DNA of 64,000 nucleotides from an uncultured Thermoplasmata archaeon (GTDB taxonomy: Archaea; Thermoplasmatota; Thermoplasmata; UBA10834). Under the pieces are notes generated by a model. That model was not told the DNA's origin. It searched no databases and was given only the letters and a program-made list of their open reading frames with translations. This document shows positions 31,657-40,781 of this stretch, in pieces. The stretch spans positions 287,741 through 351,740 of the forward strand of contig OY970070.1 in the NCBI GenBank assembly GCA_963705355.1. Reading direction: 5' to 3'. How positions within the stretch are numbered: the stretch's first letter is position 1; every line of letters starts with the position of its first letter. Position numbers and translations under genes: made by a program.

Positions 31657-31868
31657 GATTGTCCCCCAGGTGTAACAGCGCGGTTCATCGCTTGCCAAAG
31701 CAGTCTCGCCGCCCTGACCCTCCTGGGGGTTGTTGTTGTGCGTCGCGTTGTCCCCTACACACGCTCCGGTGTCACACCGATGATTCGTAGAGGGACCCAT
31801 GATCGGCGCACTGTTGCCTGGTGTCGGAACACTGCATCACGTGGATCAGCAGCATATTCTTCCAGGCG
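31657..31868 (-). ncRNA. Three-hairpin archaeal box H/ACA pseudouridylation guide RNA
   Basis: Minus strand: GCCUGG/CCAGGC-A-ACA with a CUGA..GUGAUG K-loop; CCCUCUAC/GUAGGGG-ACA; CCCCCAGG/CCUGGGGG-ACA with a GA/GA K-turn-like apex. The hairpin-3 pocket (AGGGUCA / GUUAC) complements 23S helix 69 GUAAC-UA-UGACCCU. Confidence 0.8.
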
Positions 31869-32015
31869 TGGAATCCTAGTACCTATCTTCGATATATTCT
31901 TTTCCAGCGATATCGAACAACGTCTGTCAGTTAACTCACTCCCAGACCGTGAAGGTTAATGTACTCCAAAGTATTTCCAAAGTCCAGAGCATCAACAGTG
32001 GGTCAGGTCCTGGAC

Positions 32016-33152
32016 ATGTTAGCTGATGATATCGACCGAATAGTCGAGGAATCCGCTCTGAAGCTCCTTCAGATATCTTCCGCGCCAGTGCGGTATTTCC
32101 TTCTGACTGACGTCATGGCAAAGGACGTTGACGATCTTCTGGTCCAAAGGGCCGTCAAGGAGTGTGAGAGCTACCCGCCAAGGCTGAAGTTGCTTCAAAC
32201 CCTCAGACCAGACGGAACCTGGCCGATACCCAAGTTACGCAAGGCGACTGAGGATGCTGGACCTGGACCTCCTTGTGGTTGGACTTATGTCACGATGCTG
32301 AGGAATCTGAATTTCCTCAGCGACAATCTGACATCGAGAGAGGAGGGTCATGTTGAGGCGGCTCTTGACCGACTCCTGACCTGGCAGACTGAAGAAGGGT
32401 ACATCCCTGGCCCTTGGAACATGCCGTTCGCGCTCCCTCAATACAATGGGTTTGCCCTTCGAGCCTTTCTTCACTTCGGAATGGAGAAGGATCCGCGTGT
32501 GCAGAAGCTCATTCGTTGGCTGCTCAGCGTCCAACGACCAGACGGAGGATGGATAGTGCCGTATTTGGAGGACATGAAGCAACTCCCGGATTTCAAATAC
32601 CTTAGGCAGTCGGACTTCGTTGATCTCGTCAACCGAGGTAAGATCTGCGAGTACGATCCCGCGCAGTTCTATGATGTGCCGAGTTGTCAGTGGACCACGA
32701 TGATGGTTGTGAGAGGGTTGTGCGGGAGCTACAAGCTCTCGGGCACGAAAGCGGCGTTGAGAGGGGCCGAATTCTTTCTGAACAGGTTCTTCAAGAAAAA
32801 CTATCATACTCTTTTCTACTATTCTGAGAAGAACTGGACCAGACTTAAGTACCCGACCTACTTCGGAAGCGGCCTGTGTGCTCTGGATATCCTGACTTGG
32901 ATGGGGTTCGGAGCCGACGACAAGCGCATGGAAAGGCCGATCAGATGGCTCCTTGGAGCGCGGGCTACGGACGGTTTCTGGAATCAGTCGGAGCGGCCGC
33001 ACCCCGACAAAGACCAATGGATAACGGAGATCGCGCTTAGCATACTGAACCGCTATTCTGAATCGCTCAAGAGGGTCCCGTTCGGGCGCGAGGCACAGCT
33101 CAAGGGCCTGAGGCCCGTGTGGCCAAGATTCCCCTCCGGTGCCAGGCGATAA
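32016..33152 (+). CDS. Prenyltransferase/squalene-cyclase-like (alpha/alpha)-barrel protein
   Basis: QW-like repeats LRPDGTW, WQTEEG, VQRPDGGW, ARATDGFW; KWIT-like C-terminus (DQWIT). Confidence 0.75.
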   Translation: MLADDIDRIVEESALKLLQISSAPVRYFLLTDVMAKDVDDLLVQRAVKECESYPPRLKLLQTLRPDGTWPIPKLRKATEDAGPGPPCGWTYVTMLRNLNFLSDNLTSREEGHVEAALDRLLTWQTEEGYIPGPWNMPFALPQYNGFALRAFLHFGMEKDPRVQKLIRWLLSVQRPDGGWIVPYLEDMKQLPDFKYLRQSDFVDLVNRGKICEYDPAQFYDVPSCQWTTMMVVRGLCGSYKLSGTKAALRGAEFFLNRFFKKNYHTLFYYSEKNWTRLKYPTYFGSGLCALDILTWMGFGADDKRMERPIRWLLGARATDGFWNQSERPHPDKDQWITEIALSILNRYSESLKRVPFGREAQLKGLRPVWPRFPSGARR

Positions 33153-33219
33153 CTGGCTCTTTCTGCACTATCTGGCCTTGGGCAATTCTTTTTATAGCCA
33201 CAATCCATCTATAAATCCG

Positions 33220-34119
33220 ATGGCCGGGCTGATCGGCTGCTCTGGCTGGTCGTACGACGATTGGGTGGGAAGGTTCTATCCAAGCGACCTTGCGAGGAAG
33301 AAAGGTGAGTGGTTATCATACTACTCCAGATTCTTCTCGACGGTCGAGATCAATTCCACGTTCTATCGCGTTCCGAACGATTACATGGTCAGGTCCTGGA
33401 TAGAGCGCGGGAAGCAGAAACCCGGCTTCGAGTTCTCCGTGAAGCTCCCCCAGATTGTCACGCACGAATCCATACTGAAGGCTGATGGCGAAAAGGCTGC
33501 TGCGCAGGCATCCAGTTTCGAGAGTATTTGTGTGAGGCCCCTCGCGGAGGCTGGATTGCTGGGCGGGGTCCTTGTGCAGCTCACGCCCTACTTCCGTCTC
33601 GAAGGAAATGAGAGTCTGGGTAAGCTCAGGGCGCTGCTGGATGTGTTGGACACCGACGCGCACGACTACGCTGTCGAATTCAGGCACAGGAGCTGGCTCA
33701 ACGAGAGAGGAAACGAGCTTGCTGCCGACGCCCTCGAGACGCTTCAGGAATTCGGCGTGGCCAACGTGATTGTCGACGGACCTGGTTTTCCTGTGACCAG
33801 GTCGCTCACGGCCAAGCACGCATATGTCAGGTTTCACGGCAGGAACTACGATATCTGGTTCAAGGACGAGAAAGAGGATGACTACCGAATAAACCGGTAC
33901 GATTTCCTCTACACGCATGAGCAGCTCGAACCCTGGCGGCCGAGGCTGCAGGAGATCATATCTAACTGCAGGGTGGCGAGGATATACTTCAACAACCACG
34001 GACGTGCCAAGGCGGTCAAAGACGCATTCATGATGATGGACCTGCTTGGCGTTCCTCATGAGGAGAAGGACATCGACATCCAGGACCAGATGACCCTCGG
34101 CAAGTTCGGCGCGCCCTAG
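33220..34119 (+). CDS. DUF72 family protein
   Basis: IGCSGWSY..W, TVEINSTFY, FSVKLPQ.VTH, AVEFRH.SW, YVRFHG, YFNNH. Confidence 0.93.
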   Translation: MAGLIGCSGWSYDDWVGRFYPSDLARKKGEWLSYYSRFFSTVEINSTFYRVPNDYMVRSWIERGKQKPGFEFSVKLPQIVTHESILKADGEKAAAQASSFESICVRPLAEAGLLGGVLVQLTPYFRLEGNESLGKLRALLDVLDTDAHDYAVEFRHRSWLNERGNELAADALETLQEFGVANVIVDGPGFPVTRSLTAKHAYVRFHGRNYDIWFKDEKEDDYRINRYDFLYTHEQLEPWRPRLQEIISNCRVARIYFNNHGRAKAVKDAFMMMDLLGVPHEEKDIDIQDQMTLGKFGAP

Positions 34120-36539
34120 CTGGCCAACTCCGCCTTGCTCGTGCCGTCTTCCTGCTCTTCCACTCTGATTATGTAGTTCATCGTGTCCTTGATGTCCTCG
34201 ATGTGAGTGATCAAGAATATCTGTCTGAATTGGGTCGACAGGCGTGACAGCGCCGTCATGACGCTTCTCTTCCTGTTGAGATCCTGAGAGCCGAATATCT
34301 CGTCCAGTATGAGGAAATTGATCGGAGTCGCTCCAGTCCTGTCCGCGATGATCCTCGAGATGGCGAGGCGCAGGCTCAGGTTCGCCAGATCCGATTCGCC
34401 TCCTGAGAAGCGGTCTATCGGGTATGAAGTGCCCTGGTCATCTATCTGCATCTCGTAGTTCTCGTCCAGCTCGACGTTCGCATACCTTCCCTCGGTCATC
34501 GACTCCAGCCCCTTGGAAGTGAGCTCTGACAGGACAGGTGCGATCCGGCCGATCAGATGGTCCTTGAAGTTGATTACGACATCCTCGAGCAGCGCCAAAT
34601 CCTCCGCTTTCTTCCTGTCCTTCTCGATGGCCTTCTTGACGCGGGCTATCCCCTCGATCTCTTGTCGGGCTCGAGCGAGCTCGGAGTCCGCCTTCTCCTT
34701 AATGCTGCCGAGCTTTCGCAGAGCGTCCTTGGCGGAGTTGAGTATGGCAGTTTTTTCATCAAGCTCAGCTAATGTCGATTCGTATAAGCTCTTCTTTGGT
34801 CCAAGAGCCTCAACCATCCCTCGATATTGTCCCTCCTCTACCGTTCCATTCTTTATCGCCGCCCGCACGTCCTCGATCTCGCGGGCATAATGATCCGACT
34901 GCGCCTTGAGGCTCTTCAGCTCAAGATATGTCTCGTGCGCGGCCTTGAGTCTTTCGTGCTCAACGATGACCATCTCGTAGTCCTTGTCGGTGAACCTGAC
35001 CTCGCCGAGTTCGAATCGGCTCTTCTTGCGGTCCGATAGTCTAGTCCTCACCTTGGCCAGTTCGAGTTCTTTCTCCTTGGTGGAAGCCTCCATCTGCCTC
35101 ATCTTCATGAGTTGCTGGTCAAGGTTCGCCTTCTTCCTCTTCAGCGCATCCTCTTTGCTCGTGAGAGTCCTGAGCTCGGAATCAAGCTTGTCGATGTCGG
35201 CCTGCGCCCCTCTGGCCATCTTATCTGCATCCGCAGAGCTATCGGTGAGTTTCTTCAGAAGAAGCCCGTATGAGTCGTCGAGCTTGCGCTCGCAAGTTGG
35301 GCAGACGCCATCCCTTCCCGCGGTCTTGATCTCTTCCAGCTTCCTCCGGTCCTTTGTCGCCGCATCTTTTCTGTCCGATACGACCGACTTGAGCTCTCCC
35401 ACGCGCAAGTTGATCTCGGTCCTTCTTGCCTGGCATTCGGCATTCGCCTTCTCCACATCGCCTATCTTCGTCACGATGTCCGCCGCGTCCTCTGCGCTCG
35501 CTCTGAGCCTCGCAAGCTCGTCCTGTCTCCGAGATTCCTCGGCCTCATCGGTGGCGATCTCCTGCTGAATCATCTTCATCCTCTCGTTTCTGGACTTCTC
35601 TTTCTCGAAGTCTTCCTTCCTCTTCGAGACGAGCTTCCACGCCTCCTCGTCCTTCTCTGCTGACGGCAATTTCTTGAGTCTGGCGTTGGCTTCCGCCAGC
35701 TTTGTTGCCGTGATCCTTTCCCTGCTTCGCATCTCTGCAAGTGCCGATTGCTTGGCCTTCAGGTCCCCGAATGCGGAATTGTACGCATCCACATCCTTCT
35801 TCAGCTCGTCTCTCCTCTTGCGGGCCAAGTCCGCGGCCGTAGCGGCTTCTCTTTCCTGCTGTTCCGCGACGGCGAGCTCTGTTGACGCTTTCTCGAGCGT
35901 TGCGGTCAGTCCAGGCATCTTTTCATCAAGCACTTTCTCGCGCTCTCTGCCATCCTCGGTGAGAAGGGTTTTCTGTGCGCCCTCGATTCTGGAGAGCGAA
36001 TCCTTGCGGTCCGCTCTTATCTCAGTCAGGACCGAATCCACGCCGTCTATCCTCAGCATTCTCAGGACGACCTTCTTTCTCTCTCCCGCGGCGACGTTCT
36101 GGAGCGCGTTGAGCTCTTTCTGTCTGGCGAACACCGATGTGAAGAACGATTTGTGATCCATCCCCAGCAGTCTCTCGACCATCTTCCTAACTGGCTTGTC
36201 GCCCTCTGCGAGCACCTTGTCCTTTGTCCTCAACTCCGCGCGCATGGAGAGGCTCCTTCCTCCCATCTCCCGCTCGATCTTGTACTCCGTTCCCCCGAGC
36301 TCGAATTCAAGGATGGCAGTGCAGGTCTCGCCGGCTCCGGAGCCAGCTCTCCTGATTCCCTCTCTGGAGGTCCGCACAACCTCATCGACATTCCCGAACA
36401 ACGCCCAGGCGATCCCTTCTATGACGGTGGTTTTCCCGACGCCGTTGAGACCGAGTATTCCCACTATTCCGTCGGGAAACTGGAGCTCGAGCTCCTTGAA
36501 TCGTCTGTAGTTCTTGAGCTTGAGATAGGAGATCCTCAT
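34116..36539 (-). CDS. rad50: Rad50/SbcC DNA double-strand-break repair ATPase
   Basis: Walker A GLNGVGKT, coiled coils, zinc hook CPTC, signature FSGGE, Walker B LILDE, H-loop ITH. Confidence 0.93.
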   Translation of the reverse strand: MRISYLKLKNYRRFKELELQFPDGIVGILGLNGVGKTTVIEGIAWALFGNVDEVVRTSREGIRRAGSGAGETCTAILEFELGGTEYKIEREMGGRSLSMRAELRTKDKVLAEGDKPVRKMVERLLGMDHKSFFTSVFARQKELNALQNVAAGERKKVVLRMLRIDGVDSVLTEIRADRKDSLSRIEGAQKTLLTEDGREREKVLDEKMPGLTATLEKASTELAVAEQQEREAATAADLARKRRDELKKDVDAYNSAFGDLKAKQSALAEMRSRERITATKLAEANARLKKLPSAEKDEEAWKLVSKRKEDFEKEKSRNERMKMIQQEIATDEAEESRRQDELARLRASAEDAADIVTKIGDVEKANAECQARRTEINLRVGELKSVVSDRKDAATKDRRKLEEIKTAGRDGVCPTCERKLDDSYGLLLKKLTDSSADADKMARGAQADIDKLDSELRTLTSKEDALKRKKANLDQQLMKMRQMEASTKEKELELAKVRTRLSDRKKSRFELGEVRFTDKDYEMVIVEHERLKAAHETYLELKSLKAQSDHYAREIEDVRAAIKNGTVEEGQYRGMVEALGPKKSLYESTLAELDEKTAILNSAKDALRKLGSIKEKADSELARARQEIEGIARVKKAIEKDRKKAEDLALLEDVVINFKDHLIGRIAPVLSELTSKGLESMTEGRYANVELDENYEMQIDDQGTSYPIDRFSGGESDLANLSLRLAISRIIADRTGATPINFLILDEIFGSQDLNRKRSVMTALSRLSTQFRQIFLITHIEDIKDTMNYIIRVEEQEDGTSKAELAS

Positions 36540-37648
36540 TCCTCATCCCTCATCAGGTAGGGCATTCCCATCTCCATCAGCTTGCTCTTCTTTTCATCTG
36601 AGACATCGAGCGATATCACATATTTCTTGAACTCGTCAGCCAGAAGGCCTATTTGGGTGTCGCCCACCTGCTTCTGACCTTCGCCCTCGACCTTGTCGAC
36701 TTTGAGCTCGAAGTGAAGAGCGCTGCTGCCCATCCTCCTGATCGCCTGCACATCGAGCGATCTGTACGCGTCCGAAGCGACGTTCTTGATTGTGAGCCGG
36801 ACGATTCTCTCATCGATGATCGCGCCGCTCATCCGCTCCTTTGCTTCCTGAAGAATCTCAGAAGAGGTCAGTCTGTACGCGTCGAACACTTCCATGTCCA
36901 GCATGCTGCGGACACGCAGTTCGTGAAACTTGACCGCGTGTGTGTCTAGGTCCACCTCGATGATCCCTTTCTTCTGTTCGGCTTCGCCGAAGCTGAGTCT
37001 CTCCGTCGATCCGGAATAGTATGCCCTCGGGCAGACCTTCTTGAACTCGTGATAGTGGCCAAGTGCGACATAATCCCATTCTGGTGATATGTTCTCGGCG
37101 GGGACGGTCTGCTCGTTGAACTCGTCCATCTTGTAGGTGTCGGTGCCGACAACTCCTGCATGAATGACCAACACGCCGAGCTTGGTGTCTCTGGACGGTC
37201 TCAGTCCTGACGTGATTTCAGCCAGAGACGGGTTCGTAGAGTGCGGTAACGCGTATATCGTCGCATCTCCGACGACGATGGTCTTTCCTCCGGGCTCATG
37301 CACTGGATGGACGTGCTTCAGATGTTCGAATATGCGGAAGATGTTACCTGTCTCGCGGAGGCGTGGCGTGGAATGGTTGCCGGAAACCAGTATTGTTTCG
37401 ATGCCCGATTCGGATAGCCTGATGAGCTGCCTCAACGCGAAGTCTATGGCGCGGTTCTGTGGTCTCACCGTGTCGAACAGGTCCCCCGAATGGACGACGA
37501 CCTCGGGCCTGAGCTCGATTGTCTTGTCGATTGCCTCCTGAAACGCGTGGTAGAAGTCCGCCTCTCGCTGGTTGATGCCCTCAGCAACGTCGAGCTTGGA
37601 ATATGCGCTGAAACCCAGATGGGTATCAGACAGGTGGACCAGCTTCAA
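36536..37648 (-). CDS. mre11: Mre11/SbcD nuclease
   Basis: HLSDTHLG, GDLFD, GNH, YVALGHYH, YSGSTER; overlaps the rad50 start. Confidence 0.93.
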   Translation of the reverse strand: MKLVHLSDTHLGFSAYSKLDVAEGINQREADFYHAFQEAIDKTIELRPEVVVHSGDLFDTVRPQNRAIDFALRQLIRLSESGIETILVSGNHSTPRLRETGNIFRIFEHLKHVHPVHEPGGKTIVVGDATIYALPHSTNPSLAEITSGLRPSRDTKLGVLVIHAGVVGTDTYKMDEFNEQTVPAENISPEWDYVALGHYHEFKKVCPRAYYSGSTERLSFGEAEQKKGIIEVDLDTHAVKFHELRVRSMLDMEVFDAYRLTSSEILQEAKERMSGAIIDERIVRLTIKNVASDAYRSLDVQAIRRMGSSALHFELKVDKVEGEGQKQVGDTQIGLLADEFKKYVISLDVSDEKKSKLMEMGMPYLMRDEE

Positions 37649-39519
37649 CTCCTTCCACGCTCCATCGTCGCTATGATGTCCTCGATCTCAGCGAGGTCCG
37701 CCGACGAGTCTCCGAAGGCAGATGTTCCTCTGTGCTCGAAGATCTCCGTCAACTTCTTGTCTATGGTCTTCACTGAACCCCAGAGAGCGATGATTGCCAC
37801 AGCGATGATGGGCACGGCGAGCAGAGCGAACGTGAGTCCCTGCTGTGCGAGCGAGTTGATAAGTGGGGAGATCACGACGAACCCCACGACCATGTAGATG
37901 GCAAGGAAGACCCACTTGAGCGCCTTCGAGGTATCCTGATAGCCGATGTTCACTGCGGATTTGGTGCTCAGCATGGCCTCGCTGGTGGATATCTCGATGA
38001 GCCTTATGGTCCTGCTCCAGATGCCGAACAATGCAGATGCGACGACTACAAGCGAACCCGTGATCAGCACGAACAGAAAGAGCTCCTCATTGTTGCCTAC
38101 GAAACCAGCGTAGTCCCGTATCTTGGGGGCAGCCCCGACCGCAATCGCAGAGACTGATACCATGACGATGATGTAGACGAAAAGCCGGGAAATACTAATT
38201 CTCATCTCGTTTGATATTTTCAGAGACGTTTGCGAGCGCCTTCTCATGTTCCTGACCACGAGGTTGAAATACGATGCAAGCAAAAGGAGCGATCTTGGCA
38301 CTCTTTCCTCGACAACTTTCGTCGCCCTGTCAGAGTACTTCACGCTGTAGGGAACGACCAGAGCCGAGATCGTCGTCACAAGGACGATGGTTGGATAGAG
38401 GTTGATGCTCTTGCTTATCGCCGTAGACCCGATTGCAACGGCAGCTATCATCAGAGAGAACTCACCGACGGCGATCATGCTGAGACCAGCGCCGATGGAG
38501 TTCCTCGCGCCGAACCCGAATATGAATGTTGAGAGTGAGCATGAGAATATCTTGGCCAGGATGAAGACGAGAGTGATGATTGCGGCAGTTATGAGGAATT
38601 CGCTGTTGAGGAAGAGCTTGAGATCTACAAGCATACCCACCGTGATGAAGAATATCGCGCCAAAGAGATCCCGGATCGGCTCCACGCGCCTAACCACATC
38701 TCCGAGGTACCTTGACTCGGACACGATGACCCCCATGACGAAAGCTCCAATTGCTTCTGAGAATCCTATCCACCTCGAGAATACCGCCATCGAGAAGCAC
38801 AGCCCAAGGACTGTGAGCACCAGAAGTTCTCCAGACCGCTGCTTTCCCACATAGTCCACGAGTCTGGGCACAACCGCGAGGCCGAACACGATCGAGGCCG
38901 CAATGAAAATCCCCATCTTCAGCAGAAGATCGGCGAGTTGAGATGGTTCGATGCCTCCTTGAGAGATGAGTCCCGAGACTGCCGCCAAGATGAGGACCGC
39001 TGCGAAGTCCTCCACGATCAGGAGCCCGACGATCAGCCGAGCCTTCTCATTATCCAGTCCTCCTCTCTCTCTCAAGGACCTCACAACTATCATCGTCGAT
39101 GCCACCGACAGCATCGCACCAAGAAGAGTGGACTCGAGCCCGCTCCAGCCAAGCGCTCGTCCCAGCTGGTACCCGATGCCAATCATCAATGCGATTTCGA
39201 GAGCTGCCGCCGCGATCACCGTGACCCCTATCTTCCGGAGCTGCTTCAAGCTGAACTCAAGGCCGATCGAGAAGGTGATAAGGACGATCCCGAGCCTCGC
39301 GAGCATCTCGATAACTGGCTGTGCGGAAATGACAGTCTGAGATCCCTCTGAGCCCACAGTGTATTGAGCCGATATCACGAACGGACCTGCGACCATGCCT
39401 GCTACTAGATACCCCAAAATGAGGGGCTGCTTCAACCGATTGAAAAGGATGATGATGGTGGCGGCGACCGCGATCACGATTGCCATGTTGATGAGGAAAC
39501 CCGTCTGCAGGTCTAGCAT
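37645..39519 (-). CDS. CPA2 cation:proton antiporter
   Basis: LKQP.ILGYLVAG, FSIGLE, GLLIVED, GAFVMG, PIRDLFGAIFF, VGEFS. Confidence 0.9.
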   Translation of the reverse strand: MLDLQTGFLINMAIVIAVAATIIILFNRLKQPLILGYLVAGMVAGPFVISAQYTVGSEGSQTVISAQPVIEMLARLGIVLITFSIGLEFSLKQLRKIGVTVIAAAALEIALMIGIGYQLGRALGWSGLESTLLGAMLSVASTMIVVRSLRERGGLDNEKARLIVGLLIVEDFAAVLILAAVSGLISQGGIEPSQLADLLLKMGIFIAASIVFGLAVVPRLVDYVGKQRSGELLVLTVLGLCFSMAVFSRWIGFSEAIGAFVMGVIVSESRYLGDVVRRVEPIRDLFGAIFFITVGMLVDLKLFLNSEFLITAAIITLVFILAKIFSCSLSTFIFGFGARNSIGAGLSMIAVGEFSLMIAAVAIGSTAISKSINLYPTIVLVTTISALVVPYSVKYSDRATKVVEERVPRSLLLLASYFNLVVRNMRRRSQTSLKISNEMRISISRLFVYIIVMVSVSAIAVGAAPKIRDYAGFVGNNEELFLFVLITGSLVVVASALFGIWSRTIRLIEISTSEAMLSTKSAVNIGYQDTSKALKWVFLAIYMVVGFVVISPLINSLAQQGLTFALLAVPIIAVAIIALWGSVKTIDKKLTEIFEHRGTSAFGDSSADLAEIEDIIATMERGRS

Positions 39520-39550
39520 CCTAAATGCACCATTCTCTGATGTCCGCCGT

Positions 39551-39628
39551 AGCCAGCAGAACCGCTCTCGCTGTTGCCTGGATGAACAGCAACAAGCCGC
39601 CCATTCGGCTCGCGAAAGGGCTCTGGCT
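39551..39628 (-). promoter_or_regulatory. Candidate structured 5' leader (three-way junction) of the antiporter operon
   Basis: Stems AGAGCC/GGUUCU, CUUUCGC/GCGAGAG, GAGCCG/CGGCUU and UGUUGCU/GGCAACA pair through G-U wobbles only on the minus strand; ends about 31 nt before the ATG. Confidence 0.45.
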
Positions 39629-39751
39629 CACGCATATCCTTCATGTTACTTAATTGTGGCCCTTCCATCAATCCTTCAGTTTGCATCGGAAAACATGGTC
39701 TGAGGAGCTCATGGAAAATTCAAATGGACAGAAGCGCATCAATCCCTTGGG

Positions 39752-40672
39752 ATGCCGAACTTCAGAACTAGATTCGCACAGTCGACAGAAGACCCGAGAG
39801 TCAGAGCGAAACTCTTCGGGATCGGGAGTGCTGGGTGCAACATCGTTGAGGGGACTCAGTTCCCCACAGTTGCATTTTCGACTTCCAGCGCGGATCTTGC
39901 GCGATCCCATGCTGAGAGAAAGGTCTTGATAGGCCAGGACCGGTTGCTTGGGCTATCTGATGCCGGACCAGATCTGATGAAGCGCTTGCCGACTGTTGTC
40001 GGCCATGAATTACTGGATATATTCAACAACACCGAAGTCGCTTTCATAATGTGCGGCCTCGGAGGCGTCACGGGAAGCCTTGGATCCAAACTCCTCACAT
40101 CAATCGCAAAGGCAAAGGGAGCGATGGGGATCGCACTTGTCGCGATGCCGTTCTCGGCCGAGAGTTTCAAGCGCAGGGAGGTAGCGACTACCGCCTTGGC
40201 GGATTTGTTGGGGTCATCGGCCATGTGCGTCGCTTTCGACAACGACAAGCTTTCATCCCTGGCTCCCAATCTGCCACTTTCGAGGGCATTTGGCCTCTTG
40301 AACGGGATAATGCTCAGACCTGTCATCGACCTGTGCGCAACGATGTCCAGGAGCGATCTCAGCATATTCCGTGAGGTCGTGGGCGGAGCAACATATGCGC
40401 GGTTCGGGCTTGGCATGGCAAGGGGCGACGAGAGGCTTCAGAGGGTTGTTGATGAATCTCTGAGCTCTCCTTGGTTCGACTACGACATCAAGGAGGCGAC
40501 TGCGGCGATAGCTGTGTACTCAGCGGCCGATCCATGGGACAAGGAGATCGACAAGATTCTCGGCCTTCTTGAGGGAAAACTGCCTTCCATCCGGATTCTC
40601 TGGGGTTCATATGCGGATCCGCGGCTTGGCGATCGGATAAGGCTCAGCCTCCTTATCTGCCGGAGCCGCTAG
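39752..40672 (+). CDS. Divergent FtsZ/tubulin-superfamily protein
   Basis: GIGSAGCNI, GLGGVTGS, MPFSAE, FDNDKL, SLSSPW motifs; T7 loop degenerate. Confidence 0.8.
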   Translation: MPNFRTRFAQSTEDPRVRAKLFGIGSAGCNIVEGTQFPTVAFSTSSADLARSHAERKVLIGQDRLLGLSDAGPDLMKRLPTVVGHELLDIFNNTEVAFIMCGLGGVTGSLGSKLLTSIAKAKGAMGIALVAMPFSAESFKRREVATTALADLLGSSAMCVAFDNDKLSSLAPNLPLSRAFGLLNGIMLRPVIDLCATMSRSDLSIFREVVGGATYARFGLGMARGDERLQRVVDESLSSPWFDYDIKEATAAIAVYSAADPWDKEIDKILGLLEGKLPSIRILWGSYADPRLGDRIRLSLLICRSR

Positions 40673-40781
40673 ATTGGCAGAACATGGTCGCGTCCCTCAC
40701 ATATTTAGAATGTCCAAAATATGATTCCTGCGATAAAAGATAGTATTATCAGCCAATCTGGGAACCCCTAATAGCCTCGCA

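Noticed and set aside
31633..31958. SRP RNA, RNase P RNA or the 73-aa ORF 31738-31959
   Set aside because: No SRP helix-8 or RNase P GAGGAAAGUCC motif; the H/ACA model explains the structure better.
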